Positions 27,668 through 40,058 of a stretch of 64,000 nucleotides of DNA are shown piece after piece. The position numbers and the translations under genes are program-made. The notes beneath the pieces were generated by a model, which was given only the letters and a program-made list of their open reading frames with translations, did not search any database and was not told where the DNA came from. Numbering within the stretch: the first letter of the stretch is position 1; every line of letters begins with the position of its first letter. The DNA comes from Octopus vulgaris (taxonomy: Eukaryota), in the NCBI GenBank assembly GCA_951406725.2, contig OX597821.1, positions 49,166,001 through 49,230,000 on the forward strand, written 5' to 3'.

Positions 27668-28513
27668 CTAGCAGAATTGCCCGGCGTTGCTCGGGGCTGA
27701 ATTGCTTGAAAGTACTGTTAATGATTGCACTGAATTATGATGATTATTCAGGCAAATATTGATATAAGTTTACTGTGGGAGATAAGGACTTAACGATCAA
27801 ACGTGTGCCATTGCATTGTTTTAGGGGAACCAAATTTCTGATGAGCATTATAGGGGCACCAACTTTAAGTTTGAGAAAGTGTGGTGGTAGTCCGGGGTGC
27901 TCAAAGGAATTGAGTACCTCTATTGGATAGTTGATGACGTCCTCTGGGTCAGGAGTTGTATCGATAGACTGATATACATAGATTTCCCCAGGAATGAGTT
28001 TTAGCATTTCATCATTAATATGGTGAACAGTTTTATTCCTCGGGGCCAGTATAGGCTTTTTGCCAATCCAATCCATATTCTGATAATTAGCTTGTAGATC
28101 TGGGAACACTGCATCTCTGAGATCAGAAGGCGTCTTAACAATGGTACAAATGGAATCGATGGCAATATTACCATTTTCATCTCCTGGTATTTGCCTTCGC
28201 CAAGTGCAAGGAGGGTGTGAGGAAATGCTGCTGATGTGATATTACGTCGCATATGAGCACGCATATTGGTGTGAAGTTTGAGAGTTACTTCCCTTTATTT
28301 AAAAAGATATGCATTAAAATGGAAAAAAATTATGGTAAATTATTTGTAAAATCGTAGACTCATTGTAGACGCGCGCTAATACCCAGAAGGGCTCGATATG
28401 AATCACGACTATAAGATACCCGGTTTTGGTTAAACTGCATCGCAAAATGTGGGAGTAGTTGGGAATCTAAATCGGAGTAGACAGACACACAACTTCACTT
28501 TTATATATAAAGA
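27668..28513 (-). mobile_element. Non-autonomous Helitron carrying a Pif1-type helicase fragment
   Basis: A|TCTTTATATATAA 5' end at 28513. cccggcgttgctcggg hairpin and CTAG|T at 27668. ORF 27744..28109 has ILAPRNKTV and PGLPPHFLKLKVGAPIMLIRNL..CNGTRLIV. Confidence 0.92.
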
Positions 28514-29798
28514 TTTTCGTCCTAAAAAACTTTGTATGGATTGAATGGTTACCTATATGGAAATATATACACGCACATTATACATACATGTGTGTATAGA
28601 TGAATATATAAATACATTTAAATATCTATATACACTTTTGGGCGATCTTTCTGCTACTTGGATATACTTTAGATCTTATATTCGTCCTAAATAACTTTGT
28701 ATGGAGTGAATGGTTACCTCTATGGAAATATATACACACACATTATACATACATCTGTGTATAGATGAATATATAAATACATTTAAATATCTATATACAC
28801 TTTTGGGCGATCTTTCTGCTACTTGGATATACTTTAGATCTTATATTCGTCCTAAAAACTTTGTATGAATTGAAAAAGAAAATGAATTGAAATTTTTAAG
28901 AAATGAATTTGTTTACATACATGTGTGAAATGGCAAATGTTTGTGCAGTTGTCCGAAATGGAACCAGGGTAAATGTGTGGAACTGATGTATTATAATGAA
29001 TAGTCCTTCTTGTTGTGAATATTAATTTGATTAATATGAACTGAAAACCAGTACACACCCTCACACACACACACACACGCACACACACACACACACTCAC
29101 ACACACGCACACACACACATTAGCTTACAATTTTATTTATATATTTGCGTGTGTATGTGTGTAAAGAGGAAGTGGGAGTAATATGCAGAGTAAAGGCTTT
29201 GAAGTGAAATGGTAAAATATTTAGTTTTCTCGAATTTTTTTTGAAATGGGTGTGAAATTGAAAGAAATTTTGTATGCCATGACCGAATGGAAGAACTTTG
29301 AAAAATCATAGGTAAACTCTAATTGAAGAAATTGTGTGACAAGTAAATCGTTATGTATTTATTTGTTTCTGTTTGCTGTGTTTTTTTTTTTGAGTAGTGG
29401 TTTAAGGTACACTTGCAAAGAGAAAGTGATAGCATGAGTGAAGCAGTTCATCCGTTTTATATAAATACTTTCACTTTAATCGTTGCACACTTGCAAAGAG
29501 AAAGGAGGAGAAATTAGGGTGGATAGCATGAGCGAAGCATTTCGCTCCGTTTGTGTGTGTGTGTGTGTGTGTGTGCTGTAGCCCACACTAAGAAAAGCAC
29601 TTCACTTACACACCACAAAGTGAGTTTTCTCGAAATTTTGCTTAATTGGGGGTGAAATTTGAAAAACTGTACCTGGCACGACCTGATGCATTCTACTCTT
29701 AAAACTGCTAGGTAAATTGTAATTGAAGAAATCCTATATTGTAGATTTCTATAAGAGACAAAGGGAGGCAGATAAAATCTGCCTTTTATAATAAGAGA
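28514..29798 (-). mobile_element. Helitron 5' segment with a 165-bp tandem duplication
   Basis: A|TCTCTTATTATAAAAGGC 5'-type end at 29798. ttcgtcctaaa unit starts at 28516, 28681 and 28846. Confidence 0.65.
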
Positions 29799-29873
29799 TA
29801 TATATTCTTCATAAGCCCAGAACTCATTCTATCAACCTCCTTTGCCAAACGACTAAGTTATAGAGGACAATGC

Positions 29874-29905
<32 letters not shown>

Positions 29906-30014
29906 ATACATATATATACATATATATATGTCTATGTGTATATATATATGTATATATGTGTGTATATATATATATGTATATATATATATGTGTGTGTGTA
30001 TATATGTATGTGAT

Positions 30015-30055
<41 letters not shown>

Positions 30056-30243
30056 GTTATCAGCTGTCTATCTACTCTTAATTTCAGGCATTCAATGACA
30101 ATGTGAGTCTTCAAAGACAAAAGAATATATATGCATATATAGACATATATATATGTGTGTGTGTGTATATGTACATATGTATATATATGTATATGTATAT
30201 ATATATGTATATATATATATGTGTGTGTGTGTATATATATATA

Positions 30244-30300
<57 letters not shown>

Positions 30301-30319
30301 CACACACACACACACACAC

Positions 30320-30615
30320 TATAGCTTCAGGCCGACCAAAGTCTTGAAAGTGGATTTCATGCACAGAAACTGAAAGAAGACTGTTGTATATATGTGTATA
30401 ATCTTGTGCATGTGTCTGTGTTTGTATCCCCATTATCGCTTGACAACAGATGTTGCTGTGTTTACGTACCCTTAACTTAGCAGTTCAGCAAAAGACAACG
30501 ATAGAATAAGTACTATGCTTACAAAGAATAAATCTTACGATCGATTTGTTCGACTAAAGGTTGTGCTCCAGCATGGCCATAGTCACAAAACTGAAACATG
30601 TAAAACAATAAAAAA
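30320..30615 (+). mobile_element. SINE type A, 3' two-thirds
   Basis: ctatagc..gaccaaag..gaaactgaaagaag..gctccagcatggcc. Confidence 0.85.
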
Positions 30616-30629
30616 AAAACTATGCCATT

Positions 30630-30662
30630 TTAATTCTGAGCAATGCCGGGTATTTCTGCTAG
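30630..30662 (+). mobile_element. Isolated Helitron 3' terminus
   Basis: ctgagcaatgccgggtatttctgCTAG|T. Confidence 0.65.
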
Positions 30663-31029
30663 TCTTAAATAAAGAAAGATATGACAGATTGGACTTCATT
30701 GACCCTGATACTCAAAAGGAGGGATGGTCATAGATAGGTATACCTTTGATCATATGTCAATTCAGCAGAGATAATGTAGTGATATCAGTCTAAACAACTA
30801 TGCTACTGCACAATATAGTACCCCACGCTACACCAAAAACACCATACCAAATTCACAGCACTGCAACATGCCACACTGCAGTACACACTACACCATAGTA
30901 TAGTATACACAGAACACCACATTGCAGCACATTAAAAACATGCTACATTTCCCTTCACACACTCCACTAAACCACACTATATTACACCTCTTTTGTCATG
31001 TCATTTCCAATTAGTTTACACGTATGTAT

Positions 31030-31368
31030 GTCTCTTCTATTATGTCTCTTCTATTATAAATCTTCCACTGAGGAAGGGGCCGGTTTCCAACAAAGATACA
31101 AGGCTCCATCTTTAGGATGTAGTTAACACAGACAAATACACATTTGGAACTTGAGAAAAGTCTTGCATATTCTTACTGTTCCACTCACAGATTTCACTTG
31201 TAATGTACGAATCAGCCAGCCAATTTCTCTTTCTGAAAATCCCAGTTTATCCAGATTCTCCTTTAAGCATTTACTAACAAAACCTAGTGCTCCAATTATT
31301 ATTGGTATGAATATGAATTTGTGGTCTGGATATAGAAGCTGGAGGCTTCTAAGCTGTTGTCCATAGAC
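31030..31368 (-). mobile_element. Non-LTR retrotransposon 3' end with restriction-like endonuclease C-terminus (R4/NeSL-like)
   Basis: YGQQLRSLQLLYPDHKFIFIPIIIGALGFVSKCLKENLDKLG..LQVKSVSGTVRICKTFL in ORF 31123..31446. PIIIGALG is a characteristic motif. Confidence 0.8.
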
Positions 31369-31419
31369 AATGTATGTATGTATGTATGTATGTATGTATG
31401 TATGTATGTATGTATGTAT

Positions 31420-31632
31420 GTACTTAAACGACATGCAAAGGTACATGAAGCCCAGTTACAACTACAGCCGGCTATTACTAGTAAAGGTCTTAGTTGCCAA
31501 TTTTGTACAAGACATTGTAGATCTTTGGCTGGGCTAAAAAGTCACATTCGATCACAGCACCAGTAACAGTTAAGCTTCGTGCAATGGCCATACTCGATAA
31601 TGAGGGAGCAGCCATAATGTATGTATGTATGT
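31420..31632 (+). mobile_element. Short RTE LINE 3' end with C2H2 motif and (TATG)n tail
   Basis: CQFCTRHCRSLAGLKSHIRSQH*, then gccatactcgataatgagggagcagccataATGTATGTATG. Confidence 0.7.
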
Positions 31633-31755
31633 ACTAAATATTTGATTTGATGTATGTTGTGAAGCCTTCTCTTAGGTGACATGGTCAGTCAGACTGTAGC
31701 ATTCATTTTGCAAATAGTACTGATATTTATATCTGTTAATGTTGAACACTGTTTT

Positions 31756-32060
31756 TTTTTGTTCCTTCTCGAGCCATGACCGGCACATAAGGGCCGGTTT
31801 CCCGGTGTTTCTTGGCGTATAGGTTCCCCACCTGGACGGGACGCCGGTCTGTCACAGGTGAGCTGCAAGATGCAGGAGGAAAGAGTGAGAGAAAGTTGTC
31901 ACGAAAGGATCAGCAGAAGTTTCGCCATTACCTTCTGCCGGAGCTGCGTGGAGCTTAGGTGTTTCGCTCATAAACACACACATCGCCCGGTCTGAGATTC
32001 GAACCTGCGATCCCTCGACCGCGAGTCCACTGCTCTAACCACTAGGCCATGTGCCTCCAC
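31756..32060 (-). mobile_element. tRNA-derived SINE type C, young, with 13-bp TSD
   Basis: Minus 5' end gtggaggcacaTGGCCTAGTGGttagagc..GGTTCGAATCtc, poly-A tail. TSD tgaacactgtttt at 31743 and 32061. Confidence 0.92.
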
Positions 32061-33902
32061 TGAACACTGTTTTAGTAGCCCTTATTATAAAAGACCATAT
32101 AATGTAGTTTACACAACTGCAGAGGTAGACTAAATAAACAGGACTATACAAGACTATCGTGGTAAATGAAAACATCAATAAAAAAAATTACAAAAATTCA
32201 GCAACAAACAAATAAGAAAAGATAAACATGACAAAATATTTTATTTAGTTTCATTACTTTTTGTTATAATTTAGATTTATCAACAGAGGAAAGAATTTAG
32301 AAGCAATACATGTGTGTATATATATGCATAACTTCAAAGTATACATACATATACACATACACACATATATATGTAAGTATGTAGGAACCTTTGTATATGC
32401 ATATGTATGTATTTGTATGGATGTATATATGTGTATGTATGTGTGTGCTTATATGTGTGTAAATGTATGTATGCCTGTGTGTCTGTATGTGTGTACATAT
32501 GTATGTGTGTTTGTATATATGTATGAATATATGTTTGTGTGTATATATATATGTATCTTTCTTTGTATATATGTACACATGTGTGTATGTGCATGTGTAC
32601 TTATGTATGTGTGCATATGTATGTGTATGTATGTATGTATTAAGGACTAGTGCACTTTTCTGATCTGCACTGAACTGATTCTGGCAGCTAGCTGCAGATG
32701 CGAGTTTGTTGGACTAATGGAAACGGATAAATTTAGCAGCACAGTAAACAACAGCAGCAATAACCACAACCACCACCATCATGCAAAATGAAAGAAAGCA
32801 AAAAAGAAAAACATAAAAAAAGGTAAATGAAAAAAAAAGTTCAGGTATTAATTCCTTCATTTTTTTCTTCCTCTCCTCTCATTCTCTTCCTCTCTCCCTT
32901 TCTCTCCTCCCCCTCTCTCTCTCTCTCTCTATCCAACTCTTTCTCTTTTTACTCTATCTTCCCTCCATTTCCTCCTGCTCCCACTATTAACATTTAAATT
33001 TCCTTCCTATTCCCCACCTTCATGTTGCCTTCAACTAAATCCAGTTGGAATTTTCTTCTTTCTCCAAAACATCTCCCAAATTTTTCCTTCCATTTCTACT
33101 TCCTTTAATTCCTTTTCTTTATTCCTTTCCTTCCTTCTGATCTCAATCAATCTTTTTTATAATTCCTCTCTTTCTTTCTCTTTTTCTTTCACCATCTGCT
33201 TGATTTCTTTTTCTCTTTCCTTCACACTTCAACCAAGCCTATATTTGAAACTCTTTCTATCTTTCCTACCCCTACCGACATTTTCTTACACATGGACCGT
33301 CCCCATTTCTTCATACACACTCTACCCTGCAGTTGCTAGAACAGTGAAGTGGACAGTGGCCTTAGATGGAAAGAGCATCTTGGAATTAGTAAACATTCGG
33401 TCAACTTTTCTCTCTCTCTCTCTCTTGTTACCTATTTCTTTGTCAGTCTGACTGCCTTTTTCTCTCTTTTCTCCCTCTCTTCCCTCTCTCTCTTTCTCAT
33501 CTTCTTGTTGCCTATCTCTTTGTTTCTGTGTCTGTTTGCAAGGAAAGGGGGGGTACCAATGTGTTTTGTCTATCACTCAACTTCCAATCCCTTATCAGCC
33601 ACTGTCATCACCATCACCACTACCATCATCATTATCATACTCATCACCACCATTCGCATCCTCCTCCTCATCATCATCATCATTCTTACCCTTCAATTTA
33701 AGATCTTTTATCCATGTTAGCATGGCTTAGCTATGTGACATAACCCCCATCACCACCATCACCACCACCCCAATCATGTAGCTCACAGAGTAACAATGAA
33801 AATCCAATCATCTTTGCAACTGTATACATCTTTAATAGGAAGAAGGATGGAGACATGCTATTGTATATCTTTTTGTCTTCCTTATCACCAACCATTTTAC
33901 AC

Positions 33903-36900
33903 TAGGGTGGAGCGAAAAATGCAACCTTCAAAACTGGTAACCAAGAATCGATATTTTGTTGCAAATTAGGGTTAAAAGAAAGGTGTATAAAAGAACTTTG
34001 TATTTAGATATTTTTTTCCAGGCTCCGTAACACGAATGAAAATTTTAAAAATCACTATTTTTGGTCAAATTTTGGATTTCATGGATTATAAATCGTTATG
34101 AGTAGATATTTCTACATAGCAAAATGCAAAACAGTAAATATAGCATTCTTAAGAGATTGCATACCAAGTTTCAATACAATTCACTAATATCTTGAGGTTC
34201 CACATTGACTATAAAGAGAATGAGAATGTGAACTTTTCTCCAGTGCTACTGCAACTGTTGTTGCATGTGGATGTTGCATGTCGTACGTGTGTGAAGTTTT
34301 CTGCTTTGTACCTTGACTTTAGGCCATTGTATTAAAATTAATAATCGTGTTAAATTTAGTGTTGTATACATTTAGTGATGACTTGTAAACCAATGTGATG
34401 ATATTGAATACCCAATATTTGGTACTCCATGTGATCTTTACGTATGACTTTTGCCAACTTACAAGGACATACTAAAATGTGTTTTATTTGAATAAGAAAA
34501 AGAAAAGAGAGTAGTTAAGAAAGATCCTTTAATTAAACAAATTGTCAAGATTGTAGCAGAAAAGATAATACTTCTTTGGCAAAAGGCATCCATTCCTTGT
34601 ATTACAATTGAGTCAGTTAAACTGAATATCTTAAACTTTTATATAAAGTACCAAGCAATACTAAAATCTGGAAAAATAGAAAAAAATGTGCCATCATTTC
34701 AAACAAAGTGAAATGCTTTTAAAAATAATGCAACAAATGATTTATTTGACATTTCCTGTTGCAAGTACGATTCCTTTAAAAACTGCTGTTGTAGTAGAGA
34801 CAAAAAAAATGCCACAGAGAAAACAAGATTTTTTTACAGGATCAATGGATAAATCAGAAAATGATCACTGGCAGAATAGATCAAGCAGTATCTAAACAGA
34901 ATGTTCAGAGGTTGATTAGAAAGAATCGGCCAGATCACAGTCGCCCTTATACGTCAGCAAAGGATTCTGAATTGATAGTGTTTTCATCAAGCAGTGAATC
35001 TGGAAACAGATCAGCGGGTGAAGATGAAGATTTTCCAATTCCATTTTCCATGAAACGAAAAGATGTCAGCAAAACCGAAAGTTCAAAAACACCAATAAAA
35101 CAAATAAAATTCCCAGAACTAGCTACTACCTGTAACTGCACCATTGCGTCAGACTGTGCTGTTGCTCTTCTTACAAGTTCAGTCATCAGCAACTTAACAG
35201 CATGTACATCTGGTGAATGTTCTTTCATTATAGACAGATCAAAAGTAAAGCGAGAATGATCCAGAAAATGTAAATCCCTGCAGAAAGAAGGTAGGCCACA
35301 TAAACCATTGTCTGCTGTGTATTTTGATGGAAGGAGGGACACAATCCTCATAAGTGAACGAATGAGAAAAACAGTTTGTAAGAAAACAATTCAAAAAGAA
35401 CACATTTCATTGATAGAAGAACCTGAGTCCTGCTATCTATTGGCACTTTGCTGTTAAAACAAGTTCCTCAAAAACCATTTCTGATGGTTTGTTGAATTAT
35501 TTGGAAATCAATGAGACAGTAACCAATTACATGATAGCTGTAGGTTGCAATGGTACTGCAGTCAATACAAGACTAAAAGGAGGCACCATTAGGCTTTTGG
35601 GGGATAAATTGAAGAAGCCATTGCATTTGGTTTGTGTGTCAGCTCCATGCAAATGAACTTCCCTTACGTCATCTTATTAATGATCCCAATGGAAAAACTA
35701 TTGGCCCTCATGGATTTTGGGGCTGATTGGTAATGTGAAACACTAAGTGTTGTGAAATTTAATCAGATTCCAATGGACTTAACATCAGTAGATAGAAACA
35801 ATCTCAGCACTAATCAAAAATAACTTCTTGATATCCACCAGTCTATTTCTGAAAGGAAATATTCATCTGAAATTGTATTAAGGAATCCCAGTAAAATGGT
35901 GCATTTTCAGTAGCTTACAACTGCAAATTGTATGCTACTGCAGTTTGTTGCCACCGAGAATCCTTCTAACATGATGAAATTGATTGTTGCTTACATAATG
36001 AAAGTTTATGTGCCAATGTGGTTCACAATTAAACACAACTCTTCTTGGAAAATGGGGCTCTAAATGTGTTCAAGATGATTGAGTTTTCAAGAGAAATGGA
36101 TCAAGTTGTACAAGACATTGTATTTCCAGTCATACAACAGAATGCTTTCTTTGCACTCCCAGAAAATATTTTACTGGCCATGATAAATGATGAACAGGGC
36201 CACATTCAAGAACTAGCATGGAAGGACATAAAGCAGGCTCAAACACAGTATAAAGGGAAATCTGTACGACCTTTCAAAATTCCTACCCTAAACTTTACTG
36301 CTTCAAACTACATGGACATAATTAACTGGCAGGATGCTAGTGTTACTAAACCACCTCTAACAGGCATTTTCGTGATGAAGAAATCAATATCTTCATTCAA
36401 CAGTGGCATTAGATGCAACTGGAAAAATTACCATGCCACACACATGCTGTGGAGAGATGTGTAAAGCTCATAACAGAAGCATCAGCTAATGTTTGTTGTG
36501 AGATCAGTTGAGACAGCTTCATTAGGAGTTGAATCGAATCAAGAGAAAGAATTCCAGTGTTCAAGACAAAAAAGGGCTTCAAATTGAAAAGTAATTACAG
36601 CAATAATTAATTAGAATTGTTTAGTTTTAACTATTTTGAACATAACAAGCAATTAGCATTATGTCGTTTTAAGAGTTGTCAAAACAACACAATCTTTGAC
36701 TGTTCCATTCTTTATTTGAGAGTGATATGCTAATTCTTGTCTACGAAAAATATTAATTGGCTTTATTTATTATTTAGTCACACAGAATTATTTTAAATAA
36801 ATAGATGTTAATTATTTTTTTATCTCCAAAATGTGTCAAGAATCAAAAATTGGTTTACATGTAATTTTATTTCAATGTGTGTGTAATCTAGACCTCGTGT

Positions 36901-37190
36901 AACATTCAGTGACCTGGTATCCTGAAAATGATAAAGAAAATGAAGTTGAAAAGTCTATTCATTTCGTGTAATTTTGAAATTTCAAGTGCATTATGAAGCT
37001 TGAAGAGACGAACTTTAGAGCTTGCGATTATAACACTCTTGTTTTTTAAATTGCAAAGGATTTCGCAAAAGAAAGTTGATTCATAACAATGAACGCAAAA
37101 AATGAAATGAGAAACAGCAAACATGCTACAAATTGATTTTTTGGTCATTAATCAAAATTTCTGAGACATTTAGAAGTTCAATATTTCTAA
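33903..37190 (+). mobile_element. hATm-type DNA transposon, decayed transposase (~34370-36595)
   Basis: Begins TAGGGTG. Motifs across frameshifts: YFDGRRD, EHISLIEEPES, AVGCNGTAVNT..GGTIRLL, VCQLHANELPLRHL, NAFFALPENILLAMIND, PCHTHAVERCVKLITEAS. Right TIR not found. Confidence 0.85.
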
Positions 37191-37214
37191 TTTTATATAT
37201 ATATATATTATTTC

Positions 37215-37973
<759 letters not shown>

Positions 37974-37975
<2 letters not shown>

Positions 37976-38109
37976 AACATTACAAAGAGGGTAGATATAT
38001 AGACAGAGTTTAATTTTATCATTAAGAACATGGTAGTAGAAGTTCCTTCTCCATCTGTAGATTTTTTATCACCTCTCTGTCTATATATCTACCCTCTTTA
38101 TAATGTTGG
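37974..38109. repeat. Inverted repeat, ~35-bp arms
   Basis: ccaacattacaaagagggtagatatatagacagag / ctctgtctatatatctaccctctttataatgttgg. Confidence 0.85.
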
Positions 38110-38792
38110 CAAATGAAATAAAAATGTACATTGTCCATTTAATTTTTTTTTTAAATCTATATGTGGCTGAAGATTGCTTTGCATTTTAAAACTTATGTAA
38201 TACTTACATTGTTTAATAAAATGAAGTAGCATGAAACGATTGTACTACACTACCTTGGATATCCTTGTTGCTTATTTTGAAATATATATATATATAACTA
38301 TAAAAGAGAGTTTGTGTGTGTGTGCGTGTGTGCGCGTGTGTGTGCGTGTGTGCGCGTGTGTGTGCGTGTGTGCGCGTGCGCGCGCTCACGCGTATGTTCC
38401 TTATACATTCCAAAACCGAGTTGCTGATTTTTGCGTAAGGGGTATCAAAAGATTCAGTGAGCTTTTGGCTACCAATTAAACTTTTTTCATTCATATATTT
38501 GCATTGCAAAAATCTGACATTTTCATTTTTCTTTTAATTACCTATCGTAAACGACATTTTATATCACCACCACAACGACGATGACATCACATTTTCTATG
38601 TGAGTGTGTTCGTATGTTCGTTCCCTACGTTAGGTCGATAACTGACAAGTTTGTGTGTGATGGTGTATGTGTCTGTCACTATACATACATTTTTGTGACG
38701 ACTGACACACACACACACACACACACACACACATCTAAAGACAAAGACAGACACACACACAGGGACAGAAATAGGCTTCAGGTGTGCGTTAA

Positions 38793-38823
<31 letters not shown>

Positions 38824-39589
38824 GTTTATGTATGTAACTCCCCCAAACAGTGAAACGCACTGATATTTAAAGTTTACTTGCGGCCTGGACTTCAAACAAA
38901 CAACAACCTTCATTTTGAAGTACTACCAACATGATGATTTGACTGATTTAATACCACTCACAATACTCGCAAATATATTTGAAAAAAAAAATATTATTCT
39001 GGTTATTATAACAAATTCAGAAACTTGGTGAAGTAGAAAGCCTCAGCGGCTCTTTTAGTATAATTACAGAAATGTTATTCCTTATCTTCTAACCAGTTTT
39101 AACAGTCCTTGTATTCTTCATCACTGCATCAACGTCACACAACCTTTTTACTGCGTTACACAGTTCAAAAATATATAGTAATTTCAAATTAATTTATATC
39201 TTGCTACATACATCCTTCAGCAAATATTCACAACAATAGCATCTTCCTTTTGCCTTTTGAATTTTCTTGGACTTTCACTTTCTTCAATCGTGAATTTTAT
39301 AACACTTAGTATATGTTCAAAATAAATGTTGACTTTCTGTACTTTCTTACATTGGTGACGCATACTAACTTTTGCTAAATTGGTGACTTCCCATTTTTTA
39401 TAGCATAACTATGCTACAGAAAGTATGTATTGCACCTATATTGAATACATTTCGTTTCACTTGAACTTCGTGCGTACGTTTTGCTGTTTTCAATATTATC
39501 AATTCTATGAGTGCGTGTGTGTTTTTGCATTCGTTTACGTCTATAGTACACTATACTAAAGAACATTTTACGCTGTTTTAATGAGCCCA

Positions 39590-39852
39590 CATCTAATGAA
39601 GTAGCCATCCTTATGGTTGGTGATCTCATTGAAAATCATGATATTTTCATTCGTGTTCAAGATAACAACCTTAAACATGTTTTCACAGACTCATCCCTCT
39701 TATGATGCTCTCCAGTATACTCTTATTCTGTAAAATGGACAAGATGGGTATTATTTCAATATTTCTCAGATTGAACATGCAACAGGATAGCCAATTACAA
39801 ACAGAAGGGTGTTGTCAAATGACTTCTAGTCTTATCAACTGATGACAAGAAC
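39590..39852 (+). mobile_element. Helitron RepHel N-terminal fragment
   Basis: NEVAILMVGD..DIFIRVQDNNLKHV..SYDALQYTLIL..GQDGYYFNI..SYQLMTR. Probably belongs to a Helitron whose 3' end is gccgggatgcattgCTAG|T at 42625-42628. Confidence 0.8.
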
Positions 39853-39857
39853 AATCA

Positions 39858-40058
39858 GATCCTTTCTACTATAGACACAAAGCCTGAAATTTCAGGGGAG
39901 GGGACCAGTCGATTACATCGCCCCAGTATCTCCCTGGTACTTAATTTAATCGACTCCGAAAGGATGAAAGGCAAAGTTGAACCCGGCGGCATTTGAACTC
40001 AGAACATAAAGACAGGCGAAATAGTGCAAAGCTAACGATTCTGCCAGTTCGCCACCTT
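39858..40058 (-). mobile_element. SINE type B
   Basis: ctggtacttaatttaatcgactccgaaaggatgaaaggc..atttgaactcagaac..ctgccagttcgccacct. Confidence 0.88.

Noticed and set aside
27744-28264. Host PIF1 helicase gene
   Set aside because: Frameshifted fragment enclosed by Helitron TC and CTAG termini.
30800-30985. Periodic cacta/cacca motifs (also 21985-22110)
   Set aside because: Decayed pentanucleotide microsatellite; no CACTA transposon TIR pair or TSD.
31440-31566. Host C2H2 zinc-finger exon
   Set aside because: A single finger followed by an RTE-type 3' terminus and tail.
31985-32060. tRNA gene
   Set aside because: A/B boxes are present but continue into a SINE body with a poly-A tail and TSD, and there is no complete acceptor stem.
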